Positions 38,001-46,492 are shown, counted from the stretch's first letter. The stretch is 64,000 nucleotides of DNA from an uncultured Oleispira sp. (GCA_964022115.1 CAXIBC010000005.1:686-64685), one strand, 5' to 3'. Made by a program: numbers and translations. The notes: generated by a model not told the origin, from the sequence alone.

Positions 38001-38939
38001 CTTATAGAGCAGTTTGAAGGGGTTGGGCAAGCTCAAGCAACGGTATTAACGGATAAAGAATTTGATCGTACAGAGATTAAACAATGGGATTTTTCTAGCT
38101 TACCTAAGGTCACTGAGCGTGAGCTGCAAGGTTTAAAAGTTCGCATGTTTCCGATGTTAATCGATCAGCAAAGCCATGTTGATATGACCTTGCACTCTGA
38201 TGAAGGTATTGCAGAGTTGTCGACGCGACAAGGGATTATTCGTTTATTGCGCTTATCTTTACCTGGGCTTGATAAAGACTTGCGTAAAGAGCTGCGCTTG
38301 CTCGACCCTGTGATGCCTTATGCTCAAGGTTTAACCTCTAAGCAAGCGCTTTATAATGATGTATTGGATGCGTGTTATAACCTGTGCTTATTAGCGGATG
38401 ATGATTTGCCTAGAAGTGAGGAAGAATTTCAACAGTGCTTGGATAAACGCGCAGACTTGCATAAAACCTTGCTTGATATAATCGATTGGTTGAAGCGTAT
38501 TTTACCCGCGAGACATCAGATTTTTAAACAAATGAAGGGTCAAACTACGATTGACCGTGCCTTTGCTTATAGTGATATTAAAGCTCAGCTAGGCGAGTTG
38601 TTTGCTGAGCACTTTATCGTACAAACTCCATGGCAGTATTTGAAGAATTATCCGCGCTATCTCGATGGCATCTTGTATCGCTTGGATAAGCTGCAGGGGC
38701 AATTGCAGCGAGACAGGTTACGCATTGCTGAAGTCGATGAGCTCGTTCAGCTGCATCAAGCCGCGGTAAAGCAGTTGGGTATACCTTTTTACGCCAACCC
38801 TGAGTTGTTGCATTTTTATTGGTTATTGCAAGAATTGCGGATGTCATTATTTGCTCAGCCCTTGGGAACGAGTGAGCCAGTTTCCAATAAACGATTACGT
38901 CAAAAATGGAATGATATCAAGCTTCAGCTGTCTCTATGA
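35004..38939 (+). CDS. hrpA: ATP-dependent RNA helicase HrpA (DEAH-box)
   Basis: 1311 aa. GETGSGKTTQLP, IIDEAHERS, TNVAETSLTVPG and QRRGRCGR. The long C-terminal extension is typical of HrpA. Confidence 0.95.
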   Translation: MSQNNELDRQALKQAVQQCLAKDKFRFNRDLQTIFSLVQQGKPVDKKLAKLLAAIERSQRALALRQTQLKLDYPESLPVSQKREAILTALRENQVIIIAGETGSGKTTQLPKLCLELGLGQAGTIAHTQPRRLAARSVANRIAQELEVEMGQEVGCQVRFSDQTSERTRVKLMTDGILLAQTQHDKFLSEYDCIIIDEAHERSLNIDFLLGFLKQLLPRRPDLKVVITSATIDLQRFSDHFDQAPVIEVSGRTFPVEDRFRPLVRESEDDTDLTLQEGILHGLQELAEQDRINQQAGDVLVFLPGEREIRECAEYLRKVIVNDRSLRNSQILPLYARLSVSEQGKIFTESVGRRIILATNVAETSLTVPGIRYVIDSGVARISRYSYRSKVQRLPIEAISQASANQRRGRCGRVADGICIRLFSEEDFLSRPEFTEPEIQRTNLAAVILQMISLKLGDIHQFPFVDAPDARFIKDGFNLLQELEAVSSSGKEARFTLTDLGRQMSRLPVEPRISRMLLQAKKQHALREVLIIAAALSVQDPRERPADKKQAADQKHKELAHEESDFLSYVNLWDAFEEQRQALSNSQLRKWCQKHFINYMRMREWRDIHKQLSILCREMDFKFNTEAASYENVHKSLLAGLLSHIAQKEEGAEYLGARQRKLQIFPASGLYKKRPKWIVAAELMETSRLYARTVAKIDPQWLEQLAKPLLRKSYFEPHWSKKRGQVIAYEQTSLYGLIINPKRAIDYSRIKMAEARNLFILQGLVANNIDLNAKFFQHNISLIAELAELEEKTRTRSYVVEDAVVGHFYDEHIPTDVASVISLRAWLKKEKSEEEKLYLTKEYLLKQSEDSVTDALYPSYFSYQGISFPLSYAFSPGAKDDGVSMTVPASVLGQISVDQADWLVPGFIKDKCIALLKGLAKPIRKQLVPVPNTVDEFLRTAHPNEGGLFPQLIQFLYANYRIKIELETLRDIPLDDHFKMNYQVVDDEKIVGQGRDLSQLIEQFEGVGQAQATVLTDKEFDRTEIKQWDFSSLPKVTERELQGLKVRMFPMLIDQQSHVDMTLHSDEGIAELSTRQGIIRLLRLSLPGLDKDLRKELRLLDPVMPYAQGLTSKQALYNDVLDACYNLCLLADDDLPRSEEEFQQCLDKRADLHKTLLDIIDWLKRILPARHQIFKQMKGQTTIDRAFAYSDIKAQLGELFAEHFIVQTPWQYLKNYPRYLDGILYRLDKLQGQLQRDRLRIAEVDELVQLHQAAVKQLGIPFYANPELLHFYWLLQELRMSLFAQPLGTSEPVSNKRLRQKWNDIKLQLSL

Positions 38940-39016
38940 GGTTAGATGATTGAAGCTTTCTCTATATTTAGTGAACTTTTTAATGGTACTTTGTACTAAC
39001 AGAATATAAGGTTGGA

Positions 39017-39052
39017 TTGCAGGATAATTTATTAGCTTGCACTATCCTGTAA
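39017..39052. promoter_or_regulatory. Imperfect 10-bp inverted repeat upstream of the repeat-peptide gene (candidate operator)
   Basis: ttgcaggata (39017-39026), 16-nt spacer, tatcctgtaa (39043-39052). 9 of 10 positions are complementary. It lies 23-65 nt upstream of the start codon. Confidence 0.3.
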
Positions 39053-39074
39053 TAACGCATAAAAAATTAAGGAC

Positions 39075-39482
39075 ATGGATATGACAACATCAACAGCAAA
39101 ACCTCTAGCGACAGTTTTAGGCGCAGCGTTTGTTACGGCTATGGCTCAAGCACCTGCTACTCAAGCCGCTGAAAACCCTTTTGCGACCACTGAATTACAA
39201 ATGGGTTATAAGGTTGCAGCGCATCACGAAGGCAAATGCGGTGAAGGTAAGTGCGGTGGCGATAAAAAAGCCAGTAAAGAAGGCAAATGCGGCGAAGGTA
39301 AGTGCGGCGAAGATAAAAAGTCCGCTCGAGAAGGCAAATGCGGCGAAGGCAAATGCGGTGAAGGTAAGTGCGGCGAAGATAAAAAAGCCAGCAAAGAAGG
39401 CAAGTGCGGCGAAGGTAAGTGTGGTGGTGATAAAAAAGCCAGCAAAGAAGGCAAATGCGGCGAAGGTAAGTGCGGCGCTTAG
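39075..39482 (+). CDS. Secreted Cys-repeat peptide: Sec signal peptide plus 11 (E)GKCG motifs. Candidate RiPP precursor of the bufferin/HvfA-like metallophore type.
   Basis: MDMTTSTAKPLATVLGAAFVTAMAQAPATQAAENPF..., then five modules: EGKCGEGKCG(G/E)DKK(A/S)(S/A)(K/R), one with three motifs, and a last one ending in GA*. The AAGGA RBS favours the second ATG at 39081. An MNIO/DUF692 gene follows 38 nt downstream. Confidence 0.85.
   Translation: MDMTTSTAKPLATVLGAAFVTAMAQAPATQAAENPFATTELQMGYKVAAHHEGKCGEGKCGGDKKASKEGKCGEGKCGEDKKSAREGKCGEGKCGEGKCGEDKKASKEGKCGEGKCGGDKKASKEGKCGEGKCGA
39228..39479 (+). repeat. Five tandem coding modules (51, 51, 66, 51 and 33 nt) built from the 15-nt unit gaaggYaaRtgYggY
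   Basis: Read directly. The copies differ almost only at synonymous third positions. The region is open in all six frames. Confidence 0.95.
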
Positions 39483-39520
39483 TTTGCTGCATTGCTTTAC
39501 TATTGAGTTAGGAGATCTTA

Positions 39521-40375
39521 ATGCCAAGCTATCCAGTTAGTGGTGCAGGTCTCGGATTAAGACGGGCCCTTTTGGGTCCGTTATTGTCTGTGGGCCCTGA
39601 ACAGATTGATTTTATGGAAGTCGCTCCCGAAAACTGGATAGGTGTCGGTGGTCGTCTTGGAAAGGAATTTCGTCGTTATAGCGAACGCTTTGATTTTTTA
39701 TGCCATGGATTATCATTGTCTATTGGCAGTCCTGACCCGTTGGATATCACTTTTATTCAACAAGTACGTGACTTTATGAAGCTGCATGGCATTAAGGCCT
39801 ATAGTGAGCACCTGAGTTACTGCAGCAGTGAAGGGCATATGTATGACCTAATGCCGATTCCTTTTACGGAAGAAGCTGTGCACCATGTGGCGCAAAGGAT
39901 TAAAACCGTACAAGATATTATTGAGCAGCCGCTGATTATTGAGAATGTCTCGGCGTATGCCCAGCCAGGGAAAGAGATGGAAGAAATTGATTTTCTAAAG
40001 GCTGTGATTGATGAATCTGACTGTCGTTTATTACTTGATGTGAATAATGTTTTTGTAAATAGTACTAATCATGGTTTTGATGCAAAGGCGTATTTAAGCA
40101 AAATTCCTACGCATAAAATTTCTTACCTGCATATTGCTGGGCATTATGAAGAAGCCCATGACCTGTTAGTCGATACCCATGGGGCAGAGGTTAAGCAGGA
40201 TGTATGGGATTTACTGGATTTCACCTATCAACAGCATGGGGTGATTCCAACCCTGTTGGAGCGCGACTTTAATATCCCTAGTGTCCCTGAGTTATTGTCG
40301 GAAGTCGATGTGATTAAGCGTCTTCAGCTAAATCATGGTGGCAGCATGGGAGAGTATGATGCTAAGCAAGCCTAA
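39521..40375 (+). CDS. DUF692/UPF0276 protein = MNIO (multinuclear non-haem iron oxidase, MbnB-like) RiPP-modifying enzyme
   Basis: GAGLGLRR, IDFMEVAPENW, HGLSLSIGS, YSEHLSYC, LIIENVSAY, LLLDVNNVFVNSTNHGFD, YLHIAGH, LVDTHG and PTLLERDFNIP form the characteristic DUF692 TIM-barrel block pattern. Confidence 0.9.
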   Translation: MPSYPVSGAGLGLRRALLGPLLSVGPEQIDFMEVAPENWIGVGGRLGKEFRRYSERFDFLCHGLSLSIGSPDPLDITFIQQVRDFMKLHGIKAYSEHLSYCSSEGHMYDLMPIPFTEEAVHHVAQRIKTVQDIIEQPLIIENVSAYAQPGKEMEEIDFLKAVIDESDCRLLLDVNNVFVNSTNHGFDAKAYLSKIPTHKISYLHIAGHYEEAHDLLVDTHGAEVKQDVWDLLDFTYQQHGVIPTLLERDFNIPSVPELLSEVDVIKRLQLNHGGSMGEYDAKQA

Positions 40376-41144
40376 ATTTATCCAGCTGCAGCAAACGTTT
40401 GCCAACCATATCAAAAACCCAGATAAAGTCGGTCGTCCCCAAGATGTTGATGATCGTCATATGCGCATTTATCGAGATTTGTTTTTTAATAATGTAATGG
40501 GATTTCTCAATAGTGCCTTTCCCGTTTTGGCGGAAATTATCGGTGAGCAACGCTGGCATCAAATTGGGCGAGATTTTTTCTCAAGACACCATAATAAAAC
40601 CCCTTATTTTCTACAAATATCGGCTGAGTTTCTGAGTTATTTAAAGCATGAGTACCAGGGGCAAGCCAGTGATCCTGATTATATGTATGAGTTGGCTCAT
40701 TATGAATGGTTAGAGTTGTATGTCGATGTTGAGCCTGAAGACCCTAGTTGTAATATAGAAGCGGACGTTCAATGGCAGCTTGATGGTGATGTATTAACTG
40801 CTATTCCCTTTCTTTCCCCTGTGGTTGAAGGTTGTCTCTACCAATATCCTGTGCATCAGATTTCAGTGCAAAACCCCTCACCAGAAGCGCGAGAAAGTGC
40901 CCTTATAGTATATCGAAAGCGTGATGATAGTATCGGCTTTGCCGAAAGCAATGCCTTCACCTTACAGTTATTAGAATTACTTAAGCAGCAGAGTATGACA
41001 GGGCAGCAGCTGATCGATACATTACTCAGCCAGACAGGGCTAGCAGGTAATGAAGCAGCCTATCATGGTGGTAAGCAGACGTTAGAACAGTGGCGACAAC
41101 TGGGGATTATATGGGGAGTGGTGGTCAATGATTCGGTCACTTAA
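40356..41144 (+). CDS. DUF2063-family protein (MNIO partner / substrate-recognition subunit)
   Basis: FIQLQQTFANHIKNP...DDRHMRIYRDLFFNNVMGFLNSAFPVLAEIIGEQRWHQIGRDFF is the typical DUF2063 N-terminal domain. Overlaps the DUF692 stop by ~20 nt. The start could also be 40335 or 40359. Confidence 0.82.
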   Translation: MMLSKPKFIQLQQTFANHIKNPDKVGRPQDVDDRHMRIYRDLFFNNVMGFLNSAFPVLAEIIGEQRWHQIGRDFFSRHHNKTPYFLQISAEFLSYLKHEYQGQASDPDYMYELAHYEWLELYVDVEPEDPSCNIEADVQWQLDGDVLTAIPFLSPVVEGCLYQYPVHQISVQNPSPEARESALIVYRKRDDSIGFAESNAFTLQLLELLKQQSMTGQQLIDTLLSQTGLAGNEAAYHGGKQTLEQWRQLGIIWGVVVNDSVT

Positions 41145-41199
41145 GGCGTGCCGCACTTATTTTGAAGCTAATATTTAATAGCCGTTAAATTAGGAGAAG

Positions 41200-41799
41200 A
41201 TGATGTCCATTATAACCTTAGGTCACTGGTTTCACGACCAGTTAAATATGACGCGTAAACTTGATGCTATTGCTCCATTGGCTTTGAGGCTCTATTTATT
41301 TTTTCCTTTTTGGATGGCTGGAACTAGCAAATGGGCGCATTTTGATAATACCGTCGCTTGGTTTGGTAATGCTGATTGGGGCTTAGGCTTACCCGCGCCT
41401 ATGGTATTGGCTTTCTTAGCGACCTGGACTGAAATTTTAGGCGCGCTATTTCTGTTGCTTGGATTTGCTACTCGGTATATTACGCTGCCGTTAATGATTA
41501 CTATGGTGGTCGCGATCTTTGCTGTGCATTGGCCTAATGGTTGGGCTGCGATTGCTGATGGTGCTGCGGATGCAGGGGTTGCCGAAAGAGTTGCGGCGGC
41601 GCGGTCAATTCTACAAGAGCATGGTCATTATGCTTGGTTAACTGAAAAGGGTAATTTTGTCATTCTCAATAATGGTATTGAGTTTGCGGTTACCTACTTA
41701 ATTATGTTGTTATCTCTGTTCTTTACCGGCGCAGGTAAGGTTGTCAGTTTAGATTATTGGCTTGCTCGGTATTTTAAAAAGCAGCCAGCCGATCGCTAA
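41200..41799 (+). CDS. DoxX-family integral membrane protein
   Basis: Four TM helices. LALRLYLFFPFWMAGTSKW ... EILGALFLLLGFATR is DoxX-like. The AGGAG RBS favours the second ATG at 41203. Confidence 0.8.
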   Translation: MMSIITLGHWFHDQLNMTRKLDAIAPLALRLYLFFPFWMAGTSKWAHFDNTVAWFGNADWGLGLPAPMVLAFLATWTEILGALFLLLGFATRYITLPLMITMVVAIFAVHWPNGWAAIADGAADAGVAERVAAARSILQEHGHYAWLTEKGNFVILNNGIEFAVTYLIMLLSLFFTGAGKVVSLDYWLARYFKKQPADR

Positions 41800-41838
41800 A
41801 TAATAGTTAAAGCGTATCGGCCTTTGGTGCTTAATAGC

Positions 41839-42852
41839 TTATTGATCCCAGCCTTGACTATGTTGCTGAACCAGCTGGCTCAGCATTTTGATATGGTCAG
41901 GGTTGTCGTTCAAAGCAGGAATGTAATGATAGTCTTGGCCACCAGCGGCTAAGAAAACCTCTTTATTCTCTAGCTGTATTTCTTCCAGTGTTTCTAAGCA
42001 GTCTGCTGAAAAAGCAGGGCAGATGATGTCGACACTTTTTACCCCGTCTTTGCCCCATTGGGTCAAGGTATGATCGGTATAGGGTTTTACCCATTCTTCA
42101 CGACCAAAGCGAGACTGAAAGCAGCATGCCCACTGGTCGGGTTCTAGGGCTAACTTTTCCGCTAGCAGTTTAGCTGTGCGCCGACATTGATGCTCGTAAG
42201 GATCACCTTTACGGGTATAGCGTTCTGGTACCCCATGAAATGACATGAGCAGTTTTTCACTTTGCCCATGTTCTTGCCATTGTTGTTGGCAGGATTGAGC
42301 TAGGGCGTCAATATAACCAGGGTTGTCGTGAAAGTCTCTAATCCAGCGCATTTCGGGTAGGTGAGGGCACTGTTTTAACAGATCGGATAGCTTGTCGTAA
42401 ATAGCCGCTGTGGTTGAAGAAGAAAACTGCGGATACATGGGCAAAATCAATATCTGTTCTACCCCTTTATGGCGTAAGGCTTGGGCTGCACTTTCGATGC
42501 TTGGGTTGCCATAGGTCATGGCCAGCTCTACTGGAATATCCTTATTGGTATCTGCTTTTAGCTGCTGTTGTAATGCGGCGGCTTGTTTTTTAGAGATAAC
42601 CAATAATGGAGACCCTTGCTTGGTCCAGATGCTTTGATACGCCTTGGCAACGGGCTTTGGTCGAATTAATAAGATGGCACGCAAGACAAACCACCAGATA
42701 AAACGAGGGGCATCCACGACACGTACATCGGATAGAAATTCTTTTAGGTAGGCTTTAACGGCTTTAGGGGTTGGCGCTTCGGGAGTGCCTAGGTTGACCA
42801 TTAAAATGCCAAATTCTTTATTGGTCGATGTCGAACTCTGTTGCTGATCCAC
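41839..42852 (-). CDS. hemH: Ferrochelatase
   Basis: GILMVNLGTPEAPT, LPMYPQFSSSTT, SFHGVP and FQSRFGREEWVKPYT are conserved HemH blocks. Confidence 0.95.
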   Translation of the reverse strand: MDQQQSSTSTNKEFGILMVNLGTPEAPTPKAVKAYLKEFLSDVRVVDAPRFIWWFVLRAILLIRPKPVAKAYQSIWTKQGSPLLVISKKQAAALQQQLKADTNKDIPVELAMTYGNPSIESAAQALRHKGVEQILILPMYPQFSSSTTAAIYDKLSDLLKQCPHLPEMRWIRDFHDNPGYIDALAQSCQQQWQEHGQSEKLLMSFHGVPERYTRKGDPYEHQCRRTAKLLAEKLALEPDQWACCFQSRFGREEWVKPYTDHTLTQWGKDGVKSVDIICPAFSADCLETLEEIQLENKEVFLAAGGQDYHYIPALNDNPDHIKMLSQLVQQHSQGWDQ

Positions 42853-43092
42853 AAAATCTGCCTTGAATAGGATGAAAGGCGTTATTGTAGTGCGAAATGA
42901 AGCTAAAGAAAAAGGCGGATTTCACTCCTGAGGCCGATTTAAGGCTCTGTCGTGGAAGAGAGTATTGTTTTGCTATATAATGTGCGCCACAATTTTCATG
43001 TGTCTGATAGTGTATTGATGACACGGCTTTATCCTTGTTTCCTAAAAAGTTTGTTAGGGAACCGACTTACATTGAGTTTTTGAGGCTATAAA

Positions 43093-45267
43093 ATGACTGA
43101 GTACGTTCAGAGTGGTGGCATTCAAGTTGCCAAAGAGCTTTACGATTTTATTAACGATCAAGCGATTCCTGGTACCGGTATCGAAGCACAAGATTTTTGG
43201 GCTAAGTTTGATAAAATTGCTAATGAACTAGCACCTAAAAACCGTGCGCTTTTAGCCAAACGCGACGATTTACAAGCTAAAATCGATGCTTATCACACAG
43301 AACGCGCTGGTCAGCCTCATAATGCGGCTGAATATAAGACTTTCTTGCAAGAAATCGGTTACCTAGTACCTGAAGGTGAAGCCTTTGCTGCTACAACGGT
43401 TAATGTAGAGCCTGAAATTGCAAAAATGGCAGGTCCTCAGTTAGTTGTACCTATCATGAATGCTCGTTTTGCCTTGAACGCGTCTAACGCACGTTGGGGT
43501 TCTTTGTACGATGCACTTTATGGTACTAAAGCGATCTCTGAAGAAGATGGCGCGACCAAAGGCCCTGGTTATAACCAGGTTCGTGGCGACAAGGTTATCG
43601 CTTACGCTCGTGACTTCTTAAATGATGCAGCGCCTTTGGCCGCTGGTAATCATGCCGACAGCACAAAGTACGCAATCGTTGATGGCGCTTTACAAGTGAC
43701 TCTTAAAGACGGTTCTACTACCGGTCTTAAAGATGCTGACAAACTACAAGGTTTTGTCGGTGATGCGGCTGCTCCAACGGGCATCCTTTTACAAAATAAC
43801 GGTCTTCGTTTTGAGCTTCAATTCGATGCGTCTAGCCCAATCGGTGCTTCTGATGCCGCTGGCATGAAAGACATCGCTATGGAGTCTGCATTAACCACCA
43901 TTATGGATTGTGAAGATTCTGTTGCTTGTGTAGACGGCGAAGACAAGGTCGTTGCTTATGGCAACTGGTTAGGCCTTATGAAAGGTGATCTTGCGGTTGA
44001 AGTGAAAAAAGGCGCAAGCTCTTTCACTCGTAAGATGAACCCAGATCGTGAATATACCGGTCTAAATGGCGAGACTTTCTCTGTGAAAGGTCGCTCTATG
44101 TTATTCGTTCGTAACGTAGGTCACTTGATGACTAACCCTGCAATCCTATTGGCTGATGGCGCTGAAGTGCCGGAAGGTATTATGGATGCAATGATGACGG
44201 TGATGATCGCGATGCACGACCTTAAAGGTAATGCTCCGTTCCAGAACTCGACTACCGGTTCTGTCAACATCGTTAAACCTAAGATGCACGGCCCTGAAGA
44301 AGTTGCTTTTGCTAACGAAATCTTCGCGCAAGTTGAAGATGCCTTAGGTCTTCCTCGTTTTACCGTTAAAATGGGTATTATGGATGAAGAGCGTCGCACC
44401 ACCGTTAACTTGAAAGAGTGTATCCGCGCTGCTAAAGACCGTGTTGTATTCATTAATACTGGTTTCTTAGACCGTACCGGTGATGAGCTGCATACGTCTA
44501 TGTTGGCGGGTCCTTTTGTACCTAAAACTGTGATGAAGCAGCAAACTTGGATTGGTGCTTACGAAGATTGGAACGTTGATACTGGTCTTGAAACTGATCT
44601 TTCTGGTCGCGCTCAAATCGGTAAAGGTATGTGGCCTATCCCTGATGAAATGGGTCAGATGATGGAGCAGAAAATTGCTCATCCTAAGTCGGGTGCAAAT
44701 ACCGCATGGGTTCCATCACCAACAGCTGCTACGTTGCACGCGATGCATTACCACCAGGTAGATGTATTTGCTGTTCAAGAAGGTTTGAAGTCTCGACCAC
44801 ACGCTTCTGTTGATGACATCCTAACCATTCCTCTAATGGATGATGCAGCCAAGGCGGCTTTAACCGCTGAGCAGATTCAGACGGAAGTTGATAATAACTG
44901 TCAGGGTCTATTAGGTTATGTTGTGCGTTGGGTTGATGCGGGTGTTGGTTGTTCTAAAGTTCCAGACATTAATAACGTTGGCTTGATGGAAGATCGCGCG
45001 ACCTTGCGTATTTCTTCTCAGCACCTAACGAACTGGTTAGAGCACGGTATTTGTAGCGAAGAGCAAGTTAAAGAATCGTTACAGCGTATGGCTGCGATTG
45101 TTGATGGTCAAAATGCTAATGATCCAAGTTACATCCCTATGGCCCCTGGCTTTGATGGTATCGCTTTCCAAGCGGCATCGGATCTTATCTTCAAAGGTAA
45201 GACTCAGCCAAGCGGTTATACTGAACCACTACTTCACGCTTACCGCTTGAAGTATAAAGCTCAATAA
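43093..45267 (+). CDS. glcB: Malate synthase G
   Basis: 724 aa, with MSG-type blocks (e.g. [35 protein letters not shown]). Confidence 0.95.
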   Translation: MTEYVQSGGIQVAKELYDFINDQAIPGTGIEAQDFWAKFDKIANELAPKNRALLAKRDDLQAKIDAYHTERAGQPHNAAEYKTFLQEIGYLVPEGEAFAATTVNVEPEIAKMAGPQLVVPIMNARFALNASNARWGSLYDALYGTKAISEEDGATKGPGYNQVRGDKVIAYARDFLNDAAPLAAGNHADSTKYAIVDGALQVTLKDGSTTGLKDADKLQGFVGDAAAPTGILLQNNGLRFELQFDASSPIGASDAAGMKDIAMESALTTIMDCEDSVACVDGEDKVVAYGNWLGLMKGDLAVEVKKGASSFTRKMNPDREYTGLNGETFSVKGRSMLFVRNVGHLMTNPAILLADGAEVPEGIMDAMMTVMIAMHDLKGNAPFQNSTTGSVNIVKPKMHGPEEVAFANEIFAQVEDALGLPRFTVKMGIMDEERRTTVNLKECIRAAKDRVVFINTGFLDRTGDELHTSMLAGPFVPKTVMKQQTWIGAYEDWNVDTGLETDLSGRAQIGKGMWPIPDEMGQMMEQKIAHPKSGANTAWVPSPTAATLHAMHYHQVDVFAVQEGLKSRPHASVDDILTIPLMDDAAKAALTAEQIQTEVDNNCQGLLGYVVRWVDAGVGCSKVPDINNVGLMEDRATLRISSQHLTNWLEHGICSEEQVKESLQRMAAIVDGQNANDPSYIPMAPGFDGIAFQAASDLIFKGKTQPSGYTEPLLHAYRLKYKAQ

Positions 45268-45291
45268 TTCATTTATTATGAATTGTAAAAG

Positions 45292-45318
45292 AGCCCAGCT
45301 TTGCTGGGCTTTTTTTTG
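45292..45318 (+). terminator. Rho-independent terminator after glcB
   Basis: agcccag (45292-45298), loop ctttg, ctgggct (45304-45310), then tttttttt. Confidence 0.88.
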
Positions 45319-45389
45319 CCTATCATTTTATTTTTATTATTAAATGCGTGAATTGCAGGTAAACTGCCCCAAAAACTAAGAATATACTT

Positions 45390-46472
45390 ATGCGTATTAT
45401 TGCCTCTTTCATCTTATTGTTTTTACTCAATACTTCAGCTCATTCAGAAAGCGCGGTGGATGCGGGTTTTTCTATTTTGGCTAGCTCAGAGCCTGTTGCT
45501 ATTGATGATATGGTCAATGGTTGGGATGGCAGTTATCAAAAGGGAGAGCTGGCATTTGCTGATGCAAGCTGGGATATTGGCTTTACCCAGTCGATTGAGT
45601 ATGAGGGTAAAGATCTGGGTCGTATAAGGGTAGCCCGTGGTTATCGTATTTACTATTACATGAAGTTTCATAAAGATACTGCCGACTATTATCGTGCTCA
45701 AGAGCTAAAAAAAGAGTTTGCAGGTATTAAAACCCTAGATTTAGAGGTGAAGCACTTTGAAGCTCCGAGCCTCTCTTTCTTATACTCAAGCCCTGAAATA
45801 AGGCTACCTTTTTATAATCTTAAATCGGGTATTAAGGTGGGGGCTAATGTCTATCAGTTAGGGCATGCGCAATTTGCAGAGGTGAAGGGGGTAGCCTTCG
45901 GCCCAGATACGAGCGCTTTTTCTGCCAATATTGATTATCGATATGATCAATTTAAATTACCTTGGTTAAAAGATGAAAAAGAGTTCGAAACTGAAAAGGG
46001 GCAAGGCTATTCTTTTGATCTAGGTATAGCATTAGAGCAAGAGCACTGGTTTTTAGGCTTAAATGCGAAAGATCTATTATCGCGACTGTATTGGAATGCC
46101 TCAGGGGTAACGGTCGCTTGCTTACAGACGGAATCAGGAGCGGGTGCTGTTTGTGAAAGTAATGGTGGTAATGGACGTTCAGAGCTGACGTCAGTGTCTG
46201 AGCGCATTCCTGTTAGTATCTCTGGGGTATTGCGGAATAAAGACTACGATTTATCATTACATGCGTTTCAGCATGATACGTTTAAAAGACTAGGCATCGA
46301 AAAAGGCTTCAATACAGAGCTAGGGCGATTCGCACTTTTCTTGTATCATCCTCGCTTGCTCGGAACTTCTTGGCAGACCGACTATTTTAATCTTCAAATC
46401 GGTGCTGATACCCTCAAGTTTTCTAAGGCGCGTAATGTTCAACTCAATATGAGCATTAAGTATTTCTGGTAG
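45390..46472 (+). CDS. Putative outer-membrane beta-barrel protein, unknown function
   Basis: Signal peptide MRIIASFILLFLLNTSAHS. Alternating-hydrophobic strands. C-terminal ...NMSIKYFW (aromatic terminus). Confidence 0.55.
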   Translation: MRIIASFILLFLLNTSAHSESAVDAGFSILASSEPVAIDDMVNGWDGSYQKGELAFADASWDIGFTQSIEYEGKDLGRIRVARGYRIYYYMKFHKDTADYYRAQELKKEFAGIKTLDLEVKHFEAPSLSFLYSSPEIRLPFYNLKSGIKVGANVYQLGHAQFAEVKGVAFGPDTSAFSANIDYRYDQFKLPWLKDEKEFETEKGQGYSFDLGIALEQEHWFLGLNAKDLLSRLYWNASGVTVACLQTESGAGAVCESNGGNGRSELTSVSERIPVSISGVLRNKDYDLSLHAFQHDTFKRLGIEKGFNTELGRFALFLYHPRLLGTSWQTDYFNLQIGADTLKFSKARNVQLNMSIKYFW

Positions 46473-46492
46473 CTTATATTAATGGATAACCC

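Noticed and set aside
39228-39479. Could the regular repeats be a CRISPR array or a non-coding satellite?
   Set aside because: The units are 15 nt with no unique spacers. The period is a multiple of 3, and variation is confined to synonymous positions within an ORF that has a signal peptide. This is a coding repeat.
39130-39540. Long ORFs in other frames and on the opposite strand across the Cys-repeat gene (39130-39540 +, 39157-39492 -, 39195-39527 -, 39224-39454 -)
   Set aside because: They exist only because the 15-nt repeat unit lacks stop codons in every frame. They have no RBS and no signal peptide, and they code for low-complexity sequence. The frame at 39075/39081 has an RBS, a signal peptide and the GKCG motif, and it matches the downstream MNIO genes.
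42818-43024. 68-aa minus-strand ORF overlapping the hemH 5' end and the hemH-glcB intergenic region
   Set aside because: No RBS. It overlaps the real hemH start in another frame and has no motif. The region more likely holds the divergent promoters; a TATAAT occurs at 42976-42981, but I could not pair it confidently with a -35.
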